In this document: positions 8,127 through 15,793 of the stretch, piece by piece
Layout: the number at the start of each line of letters is the position of its first letter
Numbering within the stretch: position 1 is the first letter of the stretch
NCBI GenBank assembly: GCA_964513735.1
Contig: CAZENU010000005.1
Span: forward strand, 13,719 to 77,718
Direction of reading: 5' to 3'
DNA: 64,000 nt
Source: an uncultured Dehalococcoidia bacterium
GTDB lineage: Bacteria; Chloroflexota; Dehalococcoidia; Lucifugimonadales; CAZENU01
Translations under genes and position numbers: made by a program
Notes under the pieces: generated by a model
What the model saw: only the letters and a program-made list of their open reading frames with translations
Database searches by the model: none
Told to the model about the DNA's origin: nothing

Positions 8127-8832
8127 GGCGGTATAGCTGATCGACGGTGCGCTCGGCGCGTCTGAGGTAATAGCGGTCGGCCAGCAGGTAAACGAAGAGC
8201 AGTGTAAAGACAGTCATGGAAACCAGGAGGACCAAGGCCATTGTGCCCTCCAGGTCCATGTTGAGCACGATGGTGTCGGGGTGCGCCCTGCGGTCGGAGA
8301 TCTTGGTCGCGACCCAGTTCATGCTGGCGGCGATGACACCGATCACGGCGACGACTGCTCGGAAGCGGTCACCCTGGGACCCTTTCGGGCCGTAGTTGTC
8401 GAGCATCAGATAGCTGGCGTAGATGAACCAGATGATCAGGGTCAGGGTCAGCTTGAGCTCCCAGGTCCACCAGACGCCCCAAACCGGCTTGGTCCAGAGG
8501 ACGCCGGTGACCAGGCTGAGGGTGGAGAAGAGCAGGCCGACCTCCGCGGAAGCGTATGCCAGGCTGTCCCAGCGCTGCTTGTTCTTCTTGAGGACGAGGT
8601 AGGCGATGCTGGCGACGGCGGTGACGACGATGGAGCTGAGGCCCCACACCGAGATAGGCACGTGGAAGTAGAATATCCGCTGGGAGACGCCCAGGTTCAG
8701 CTCAGTGGGGACCCAGAAGAAAACCAGGTAGAGGGCGAGGCCCATGAGGGCGGCGGCCAGGATGAGCGCACCGTCCATGTAGAGGTTGCGGGCGGCGCCC
8801 TGGGACAGGCTCACTTTCTCAGTCAGCGCCAT
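8116..8832 (-). CDS. ccmC: Heme exporter/heme lyase component CcmC
   Basis: 238-aa polytopic protein with the W-rich motif WTKPVWGVWWTWELKLT and conserved His contexts (FYFHVP, RRAHPD). Confidence 0.85.
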   Translation of the reverse strand: MALTEKVSLSQGAARNLYMDGALILAAALMGLALYLVFFWVPTELNLGVSQRIFYFHVPISVWGLSSIVVTAVASIAYLVLKKNKQRWDSLAYASAEVGLLFSTLSLVTGVLWTKPVWGVWWTWELKLTLTLIIWFIYASYLMLDNYGPKGSQGDRFRAVVAVIGVIAASMNWVATKISDRRAHPDTIVLNMDLEGTMALVLLVSMTVFTLLFVYLLADRYYLRRAERTVDQLYRHVQ

Positions 8833-8862
8833 CTGTACAATGTATCACAATCGTCGCCGGGT

Positions 8863-10026
8863 CTACCAGTTGGTGAAAGCGCCGTCGTTCCTGCGCAGCA
8901 GCGGCGGCCAGCCGCCCGGCTTTGCCGCCATCGACTCGGCGACGGCCTCATCCATCACGACGCCGAGGCCGGGCCTGTCGGGGGCGAAGGCGTAGCCGTC
9001 GGCCCACCCAATCTGCTCGGGGAACAGGTCAAGGTGCTCGCTGCCGGGCCGCCTGGGCATCTCCTGGACACCCACGTTGGTGGACGCCAGGCAGAGCGCA
9101 ACGCACGCGGCCGCGCTGACCGGGCCCAGAGGGTTGTGGGGCGCGATGTCGATGTAGTGCGTCTCGCACCAGTGAGTTATCTTCACCGCTTCGGTGAGGC
9201 CCCCGACGTTGCACACGTCGATGCGGGCGTAGCTGATCAGCTCCTCCTCGATCACCTCGCGGAAGTGCCACTTGCTGGTCCACTGCTCGCCGGCCGCGAT
9301 GGGCAGCCTCACCTGGCGGGCCAGCGTGCGATAGCTGCCGTGGTTCTCCGAGCGCAGCGGGTCCTCAATAAAGAAGGGCCTGTAGGGCTCCATGTCCTTG
9401 CACATGGCAACCACGTGGGCTGTGTCGAGGCGGGTGTGTACATCGAAGCAGATCTGTATGTCCGCCCCGACGGCCTCGCGGACCATCGCCATCTGCTCCA
9501 CCGCGATGCGGATGGACTCGACTGGCTCGAGGATGCTCTCGTCTCTGGCCTCGAAGCCGCCGCCGGTCTCGGGCTGGCCCCAACGCACGAACTTCCAGCC
9601 CTCGTCGACCAACCTCCGGCTATTCTCGACCAACTCGGCTGTGGTCTTGCCCTGGGCGTGCGGATAGCAGACCACCTTGTCGCGGACGGGGCCGCCCAGC
9701 AGCTTGTAGACAGGCATTTCAGTCGCCTTGCCCTTGATGTCCCACAAGGCAACGTCAATGGCGCTGACGGCGCAGGAGTAGACGCCCTCGGCCGGGAAGA
9801 ACGAGCCCCTGAACATGTGCTGCCAGACCCGCTCGGTGCTGAATGGGTCCTGGCCTATCACCAGATCCGAGAGGTGCTCGACGGCCTTCTCTATGGCTGC
9901 GGCCCAGCGGACCATGCCGACCTCGCCCAGCCCGTGTATACCGACGTCGGTCTCCACCTTGACGAAGAACATCGGCCGCCCGTGCTCCCCCGTGACGTTC
10001 ATGCTCTTGATGCCGGTGACTTTCAT
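8863..10026 (-). CDS. Enolase-superfamily dehydratase (mandelate racemase/muconate lactonizing family, D-galactonate dehydratase-like)
   Basis: 387 aa. The N-terminus MKVTGIKSMNVTGEHGRPMFFVKVETDVGIHGLGE is typical of DgoD-like members. A metal-ligand-type FDVHTRLD...FIEDP...AAGE spacing is present. Confidence 0.8.
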   Translation of the reverse strand: MKVTGIKSMNVTGEHGRPMFFVKVETDVGIHGLGEVGMVRWAAAIEKAVEHLSDLVIGQDPFSTERVWQHMFRGSFFPAEGVYSCAVSAIDVALWDIKGKATEMPVYKLLGGPVRDKVVCYPHAQGKTTAELVENSRRLVDEGWKFVRWGQPETGGGFEARDESILEPVESIRIAVEQMAMVREAVGADIQICFDVHTRLDTAHVVAMCKDMEPYRPFFIEDPLRSENHGSYRTLARQVRLPIAAGEQWTSKWHFREVIEEELISYARIDVCNVGGLTEAVKITHWCETHYIDIAPHNPLGPVSAAACVALCLASTNVGVQEMPRRPGSEHLDLFPEQIGWADGYAFAPDRPGLGVVMDEAVAESMAAKPGGWPPLLRRNDGAFTNW

Positions 10027-10266
10027 GGCAATGGACCTCCAGAAAGGGGCCAGGGGTTGGGGACCATGGGGCAGGGTCCGATGCCGTCCACGATAGACTG
10101 GGCTGGCGGGCGGATCAACTCAGCTGCGGTGCTCTGGCCTCTCGATACGTCACGACGGGGCATCGAGGCTACTCAATGTACTCGAGTAGTCCTACGAGAC
10201 TATGCGTTGAGCTCCAACGGCCCGTCTTCTCACATGACGCCTGAGTTGGCTGACAATGGGGTGGAG

Positions 10267-10624
10267 ATGACTGGCAGACCCGGCGTCCGATTGGTTCTCG
10301 TTCGGATGGCTATTCAGGCTGTAGTGGGTGTGCTGGTGCTCGGTCTGCTGCTGCCCTTCTTCGGCCCCGTGCTCGACCACCACTTCGCCGAGCGGTTATC
10401 CGCACCACGGCCACATCTACATGACGTCGGCGGAGCCGGGCCATGCGCATCTCTATTCCACACCTCACGCCTTGGCGGTCCACGTGCCTCTCCACCCGGA
10501 GCGGGACCTCTTTCGGTTCATCCGTGACGGCATACCGGGCACCGACATGGCACCGTTGGGAAACCAGCTCACCGACGACGAGGTCTGGCACGTCATCAAT
10601 TACATCCAGACCCTCGCCGAGTAG
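10267..10624 (+). pseudogene. Frameshifted membrane-anchored His-rich protein with a cytochrome c-like C-terminus lacking CxxCH
   Basis: The frame from ATG 10267 (or 10306) reads MTGRPGVRLVLVRMAIQAVVGVLVLGLLLPFFGPVLDHHFAER. Protein-like sequence then continues only in the next frame (ORF 10328..10624): YPHHGHIYMTSAEPGHAHLYSTPHALAVHVPLHPERDLFRFIRDGIPGTDMAPLGNQLTDDEVWHVINYIQTLAE. Confidence 0.4.
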
Positions 10625-10732
10625 CGCCAATCAGCCTGTGGAAGACCCGCCCCACGTCCGTCGTCGAGGCTCCTCAGGATGACAGTTACGGGGAACAGAT
10701 GCGCGACCTTGCAACTGTGCCCCGGCAGGGGA

Positions 10733-11524
10733 TCAGTTCTCCTTAAGGTTCTTCTGGGCCAGGAACTCACCCTTTGTCTCGCCGCCGGCCAGGATGTGGC
10801 CGTCGATGGCCTTGAGCAGCTCGTCTCTGGTCGTCTCAGGCCCCAGGGTCAGCTCGACGTCCAGAGCATAGACGTGGAAGACGTAGCTGAAAACCATCTT
10901 GGGGGTACCCAGGTAGCCCGAGCGCTCCACGGTGACGGGCACAGGGCAGGGCCCGGAGTAACCTACGGTCTTGTCGTCGTTGATTCCCTGCATGGTCTTG
11001 GGACCGATCGCCAGGACCTCGGTGCTGGTGGCCACCGCCTCGGGGAGCGAGGTGGTGTCCGCCGGAATGTTCCAGATGACCCAGTGCGACCAGGTCTCCA
11101 CAAGGGGCTGGCCCGGGAGAGGGTCAAGGACGCGTGTCTCAACCAGCTCATCGCTGCCCATCACAATGGCAATGCTCACGGTGCCATCGGGGACGCCGGG
11201 CCACTCCAGCGGCGGCGAAGTGTTTTCGTGGGTAACGGTTGCACTGTAGTTCTGTACGTATGACTGGCCAGCCCTTGCCTTCACGGGCGGGCACGTGTGC
11301 GTTTTGGGAATGCGTCGGATGCGGTTGAAGACGGGACTGGTGACCTCAATGCTCATGTCGAAGGTCTGCGCGAGCTTGTATCCCCCGATAGCTTCGTCAT
11401 CACCGCTACCGTTGTCAGCGGCGGGAGCGCCACCGCCCTCGTCGCCACTGGAGCATCCGACGAGAAACAGCGCAAGAAAGAACGCGATACCTAGCGTCAG
11501 CCGGCGGGTACTGGGACTGAGCAT
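10733..11524 (-). CDS. Lipoprotein of the YbhB/YbcL (PEBP, Raf-kinase-inhibitor-like) family
   Basis: Lipobox LFLVGCSS. PEBP pattern HWVIWNIPADTTSLPE...GINDDKTVGYSGPCP...YVFHVYALD. Confidence 0.75.
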   Translation of the reverse strand: MLSPSTRRLTLGIAFFLALFLVGCSSGDEGGGAPAADNGSGDDEAIGGYKLAQTFDMSIEVTSPVFNRIRRIPKTHTCPPVKARAGQSYVQNYSATVTHENTSPPLEWPGVPDGTVSIAIVMGSDELVETRVLDPLPGQPLVETWSHWVIWNIPADTTSLPEAVATSTEVLAIGPKTMQGINDDKTVGYSGPCPVPVTVERSGYLGTPKMVFSYVFHVYALDVELTLGPETTRDELLKAIDGHILAGGETKGEFLAQKNLKEN

Positions 11525-11748
11525 CGGCTTACCTCCGTGTCCAAGGTCTGACCTGAACCGGAATTCTCCATGTCGAATGGTGGAAACGAATCGTCACTTA
11601 GCATACCAGACCCGCATTGCCCGGGACAGTGGGTGTGTGCTGACCAATTTTCGCTCGGGTATTTGTACTTGAGGCGGACACAGGCCCGGCACCAGGTCGG
11701 ACCAGCCCTGAAATCGATGACCCGACTTGGTTCTGGTAAACTGCCGCG

Positions 11749-12111
11749 ATGGAACGCACCAGATTCGAGCGGCTCGTGGCGCAGGCGATGTACGGCATTC
11801 CTGACGAGCTGCTCAGGTATCTGGACAACGTCGACGTGGCGGTGGAGGACTGGCCTTCGACGGACCAGCTTGGCGGCCACACCGTGGACGACGAAGACTA
11901 CCTGCTGGGGCTGTATGAGGGGATACCGCTGACTGAGCGGGAAGACTACGGCATGGTGCTGCCGGACAAGATCACCCTGTTCCAGGGCTCCATCGAGGCG
12001 ATCTGCTCCAGCGACGAAGAGGTGATGGAAGAGGTGCGGCAGACGGTCGTCCACGAGGTAGCCCACCACTTCGGCATCGACGACGAACGCCTGCACGAGC
12101 TGGGTGTGTAG
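11749..12111 (+). CDS. Zinc metallopeptidase-like protein (DUF1025 / zincin-like family)
   Basis: 120 aa. HEVAHHFG motif and an N-terminal FERLVAQAMYGIPDELLRYLDNVDVAVED pattern typical of this small family. Confidence 0.7.
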   Translation: MERTRFERLVAQAMYGIPDELLRYLDNVDVAVEDWPSTDQLGGHTVDDEDYLLGLYEGIPLTEREDYGMVLPDKITLFQGSIEAICSSDEEVMEEVRQTVVHEVAHHFGIDDERLHELGV

Positions 12112-12166
12112 CCGGTAGGTGACGCTCCCCCTCTAACGGCTGGACCCTCAGCGATTCCCGCCCTGG

Positions 12167-12512
12167 CTAGAGCAGGTCGGCAGAGTTGGGCATCGTCGTC
12201 GTCACTTTCCGCTTGGTTCCGGGGTGCATCAGGACCATGTGGCTGCCCGTCTGACGACAGTTATCGTAGGCCGTTAAACCGTTGGGCACCAGACTGGTGA
12301 ACTCATCGGGAATCGGGTCTCCCGCCTCAGATGCACCTGGATCCAGCCTTGCATCGCGTCCAGGACAATCTCCCAGGCGTGCTCGAAACTGTCACCTTCG
12401 GAGACACAGCTGGGTAGCGCCGGCACTGAGACGACGTAGCCGCCCTCCACGGCGACCTCGAACTGGAACTCGATGTCGTCCTTGGTGATGGTCAGCTTGT
12501 CTTTGGACTTCA
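12167..12512 (-). pseudogene. Decayed hicB/hicA-like toxin-antitoxin remnant
   Basis: Hand translation of the minus strand gives LTITKDDIEFQFEVAVEGGYVVSVPALPSCVSEGDSFEHAWEIVLDAMQGWIQVHL, a HicB/UPF0150-like fold pattern with no ATG/GTG start and a TGA just upstream. After a 1-nt shift it reads EAGDPIPDEFTSLVPNGLTAYDNCRQTGSHMVLMHPGTKRKVTTTMPNSADLL*, which has a HicA-like RQ.GSH...HP core truncated at both ends. Confidence 0.4.
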
Positions 12513-12618
12513 GTTTCTGCGTTCAAGGCTCCCACAACCATCGTAGTACGCTGTCGCATCCGACCTGGGCTCAGGGCTCGGGGCCTGGCGAAAGTCCCTA
12601 GGACATACCGAGACGCGC

Positions 12619-14256
12619 TTACTGTTCCGGTGGGCCGAAGAGGTCCTGGACGTCGCGCTCTACCTGGGCTTTGAGTTCGACGGCGTCGCGGAAGCCCAGC
12701 TCCCGGTAGGAGTCGGCGGTACCGTAGTCGCGGGTCCTGACGACCACCGGCATGGGGAGGGCGTGGCCGAAGATCAACGCCTGCTGCTTCGACTCCAGCC
12801 TTGCCAGCACCGATCGCAGCTTGCGGCTGCCGGAGACACCCCTGAGCACGGCGTCGATGTCGGGCTCGCTGTCCAGCAGGCAGGTGAACTTGGTGCCGAG
12901 CTGGCTGAGGACCTCCTGATCGATACCGCCGGGACGCTGGTCGACTATCAGTAAAGTGACGTTGTACTTGCGCATCTCCCTAGCGATGGTCCCGAAGATG
13001 GTCTGGCCGGCGACCGACGGCGTCAGGAACTTGTGGGCCTCCTCAATGGTGATGACCAGCGGCCTGGGTTCTTCTCCCCCGGTCGACGCCCGTTCCTTGC
13101 GCTCGACGTACCGGCGGTATATGCGCCGGGTCAGCAGGTTGGCGACCAGCACATAGGCGGCCGTGTCGCGACCGTATCGGCCGAACTCGAGAACAACGTG
13201 GTAGCCGCGGTCCAGGTACGTGAGGATGTGGTCCACCGAGTCGTGCCGGGAGCTCTCATCCATGAACGCGAACCGGCCGAGCCGAGACAATCGGTTCTGC
13301 AAGGTCAGCAGCGCTCCTGGATTGACGTTCATGGCGTCGGCGACGGCGCGCACCTCCTCGCGTCCACGAAGCGCCAGGAATTCGCGGAGCCAGCTCTTCG
13401 ACCCGAAGTGCTGGCGCAGGAAATGGGCGGCGTCGGCGGCCACATCCGAGAGGTTCAGGAGCTCCCGGAGGACCTCGATGTCCTCGGGCTCGATCTCCTC
13501 GTAGCCGATTCGGACGATGTAGTCGGGGGTCAGGCCGCGCCTTTTTGAGCTCTCCTCGTCGAGGGAGAAGACGGCTACCTTGGAGGAGAAGAGCTGCTTC
13601 AGGCCCTTCACCGCGATGTTGGCCTCGCTGTAGCCCTGCCAGCCGTACTCACTTTCCATGTCGAACACAAGGTTGGTGGCCTCGCCGCTCTGGAGAATTC
13701 CGGCGAGCAGCAGCCTGGTCAGGAAGGTCTTGCCGGTGCCGCTCTTGCCGAAGACGCCGTTGCTGCGCTTTACGAGCTCCTGGAGGTCCAGGCACAGCCT
13801 GGTCTCCATGTCCAACGGGCTGCCGATCCAGAAGTGGCGGTCATCCTCGGAGCCGAAGACCATCTGGATGTCTTCCTCGGAGGCGGTGGACACCGTGGCG
13901 AAGTGGCCGGGGACTGTCTTGGCGGGCTGATGCCCTTCGACGTCGATGACCAGCATCGGCTCGACCTTGACGATCCCGTACGCCGCGGTGCCGGAGACGA
14001 CGCCGGCGACGTAGGGGTCCGACATGTCGGGCGGGTTTGCCTTCAGCGTCGGGTCCGTGGCCTCCAGAGAGACGTCGGTGACGACGCCCAGAAACCGCGA
14101 GCGGTCGCCCTGGATTCCGACGAAGGTGCCGACCTTGACGTCCTCGGTGGACCGCCCGGCATCGAGTCGCACGTCGATGCCGTCGGTCAGCGATCCGCCG
14201 ACGACCATGCCGAGCCGTCTCTGGTGCTGTTCGGGTCCAAAGGGCGTGTCGTTCAC
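12619..14256 (-). CDS. HerA/FtsK-superfamily ATPase (HAS-barrel + DUF87-type P-loop domain)
   Basis: ORF 12619..14778, trimmed to the GTG at 14256 (the GTGA overlap with the upstream gene). Upstream of that point the ORF is an Arg/Pro-rich shadow overlapping the 201-aa gene. Walker A FGKSGTGKT, Walker B-like LVITIEEAH, the LLIVDQRPGGID block, and an N-terminal barrel-like LGMVVGGSL...FLGVVTDV. Confidence 0.8.
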   Translation of the reverse strand: MNDTPFGPEQHQRRLGMVVGGSLTDGIDVRLDAGRSTEDVKVGTFVGIQGDRSRFLGVVTDVSLEATDPTLKANPPDMSDPYVAGVVSGTAAYGIVKVEPMLVIDVEGHQPAKTVPGHFATVSTASEEDIQMVFGSEDDRHFWIGSPLDMETRLCLDLQELVKRSNGVFGKSGTGKTFLTRLLLAGILQSGEATNLVFDMESEYGWQGYSEANIAVKGLKQLFSSKVAVFSLDEESSKRRGLTPDYIVRIGYEEIEPEDIEVLRELLNLSDVAADAAHFLRQHFGSKSWLREFLALRGREEVRAVADAMNVNPGALLTLQNRLSRLGRFAFMDESSRHDSVDHILTYLDRGYHVVLEFGRYGRDTAAYVLVANLLTRRIYRRYVERKERASTGGEEPRPLVITIEEAHKFLTPSVAGQTIFGTIAREMRKYNVTLLIVDQRPGGIDQEVLSQLGTKFTCLLDSEPDIDAVLRGVSGSRKLRSVLARLESKQQALIFGHALPMPVVVRTRDYGTADSYRELGFRDAVELKAQVERDVQDLFGPPEQ

Positions 14257-14858
14257 GGCGCCAGCCTCTTCAGGATCCCGTTGAGGCGCTGGAACTGGCC
14301 ACTGAGCACGGTGGCCAGCTCCTTGCCGGCCTGCACCAGGAATGCGTCGGAGTCGGGGTGGGACCGGCTGGACCGGCGCAAGAAGGCCGCAACGACGTCG
14401 TCTGGGGAACCTACAGGCGCGGCCAGCAGCAGCGGCAGGAAGTCCAGGGAGTCGCTGAAGCCGGCGACTTCGTCTTCGTGGCAGGGGAACACGAAATCGT
14501 GGATTCGCGGCGGCAGAGGCGCCAGGTAACGACGCAAGTGGCCGCCGTCGCCGTGGCCGACCACGATGGAGCGGAACTCGGTCGTGAGCAGCCTGGCGAT
14601 CTGCGGGTTCCGGTCGTAGACGGCGTCTCCGGAGGCGTCCTCCTCGCCCAGGGCCATGGTGCGTCGTCCGGGGTCGATGCTCTGGGTCGTCACCTCGCCG
14701 ACGACGCCGTAGACGGGGGTGTCGCCCTCGCTCTTGACCAGAGCGCCCAGGGGAGGCGCCTCGTACAGCCGGTGGCACTGCGCGACGAACTCGGACGTCG
14801 AGGCCCTGACCACCTCGCCCAGGGCCCGGCCTGTGGAGCTTTGAGTTGTGTCGGTCAT
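14253..14858 (-). CDS. Hypothetical 201-aa protein, HAS-barrel-like N-terminus, coupled to the HerA-like ATPase
   Basis: Clean, non-shadow composition. The N-terminus LGEVVRASTSEFVAQC...LGALVKSEGDTPVYGVVGEVT mirrors the barrel pattern of the adjacent ATPase. The C-terminal half is predicted helical. I recognise no catalytic motif. Confidence 0.7.
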   Translation of the reverse strand: MTDTTQSSTGRALGEVVRASTSEFVAQCHRLYEAPPLGALVKSEGDTPVYGVVGEVTTQSIDPGRRTMALGEEDASGDAVYDRNPQIARLLTTEFRSIVVGHGDGGHLRRYLAPLPPRIHDFVFPCHEDEVAGFSDSLDFLPLLLAAPVGSPDDVVAAFLRRSSRSHPDSDAFLVQAGKELATVLSGQFQRLNGILKRLAP

Positions 14859-14910
14859 GACGTCGGCAAGGGCAGCGATCCTAATGCTGGAGGGTCTCCC
14901 CCTCTCTCTA

Positions 14911-14986
14911 ACTCCCTCCCGCGCAGGGGAGGGAGTACAAATCCTACCCCCTCTCCCTTTTGACGGGAGAGGGCTGGGGTAAGGAT
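14911..14986. repeat. Two adjacent GC-rich hairpins (family 3: ctccctccc/gggagggag and ccctctccc/gggagaggg)
   Basis: Stem 14911-14920 / 14927-14936. Stem 14949-14957 / 14965-14973, with an imperfect outer extension 14941-14986. They lie between the thioesterase stop and the start of the HerA operon. Confidence 0.6.
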
Positions 14987-15028
14987 GGTTTGCGTTAGCT
15001 TGGAAGCCTGCACCGCAAAAGATGCATA

Positions 15029-15397
15029 CTAGTCGGGGGAGATGATGGCGCGCTTGTGGGTCGCCACGCCGATCTTCTTGTCGCCCTCGAATGCCTCGAT
15101 GGCGAAGGTGAGCCGCTTGCCGTTCACTTCGGTCAGCTCCGACCTGACTTTTAGCCGCCCTCCGAGGAGCGTAGGCGCCAGATGACGAAGGCCGTCGACG
15201 GCATAGCCCACGGTGACGCTGTCCGCCGGCAGGTGGGGGTCGGCGACCTTGATGGAGCAGCGCTCCATCAGGTCGAGCAGCGACGGCGTGGAGAGCACGT
15301 CGGCGCCGTCGCGCCCGGTGCGGTTTATGGTCATGGCCGCGGTGACCTCGACGTCGAGCTCGGCCGACAGACCCGGCTTCACGTTGTCCATGCCCAT
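15029..15397 (-). CDS. Hotdog-fold thioesterase (FlK/fluoroacetyl-CoA thioesterase-like family)
   Basis: 122 aa. The pattern VEVTAAMT...VLSTPSLLDLMERC...TVGYAVDGLRHLAPTLLG is typical of this small thioesterase family. Confidence 0.65.
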   Translation of the reverse strand: MGMDNVKPGLSAELDVEVTAAMTINRTGRDGADVLSTPSLLDLMERCSIKVADPHLPADSVTVGYAVDGLRHLAPTLLGGRLKVRSELTEVNGKRLTFAIEAFEGDKKIGVATHKRAIISPD

Positions 15398-15793
15398 AGT
15401 TGCCAGCCTCGGATACTCAATCGACCAGGTGGGACTGTACGGTGACGAATATGGCTACCATCTTCGCCTGCTCCGCGACCGATACTCTGCGCGCCGGATT
15501 ATAGCAACGCCGGTTGGGCTGCGCTAGCCACGCCGAGCCGGCGTGGGCCCGGCTACAACTTGACTGCGCGTCTGTTTCCCAATCTCGGGTTCGACGCATC
15601 TCTGGCCTCCGTAGTCTCCATTGACGATGCCTGCCCGCCATACACAAACGGCGTCTCGGCGCCGGGAGTCGAGGGCGGTGCCGGATGGAGCTCTCAGGCA
15701 CCCGGCAGGAGTATTGCCTTTTGGATTTCACGGGCGTATCGTGACCTTGATCGCGAGACGGCCCAAAATCCCGGCGACCCCCAAGGAGACGGC

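Noticed and set aside
8281-10527. 748-aa ORF on the + strand, the longest in this part of the track
   Set aside because: It is an antisense shadow of ccmC and the enolase-family gene. It is rich in Gly/Arg/Asp/Ala/Pro, has no motifs, and is fully overlapped by well-supported minus-strand genes. Only its last 90 codons or so (from 10267) may be real; see the His-rich ORF.
14257-14778. N-terminal 174-aa extension of ORF 12619..14778
   Set aside because: Extremely Arg/Pro-rich, and it overlaps the well-formed 201-aa gene in another frame. The GTG at 14256, in a GTGA overlap, gives a normal HerA-like N-terminus.
15655-15712. Glycine-riboswitch-like strings (ggcgccgggag..., ctctcaggcacccggcagg) upstream of the DegT array
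   Set aside because: Only fragments of the consensus (GGAGAG / CACCGAAGGGGCAA / CUCAGGCAAAAGGAC) are present. The intervening P3 stem is missing, and the downstream genes are not glycine-cleavage or transport genes.
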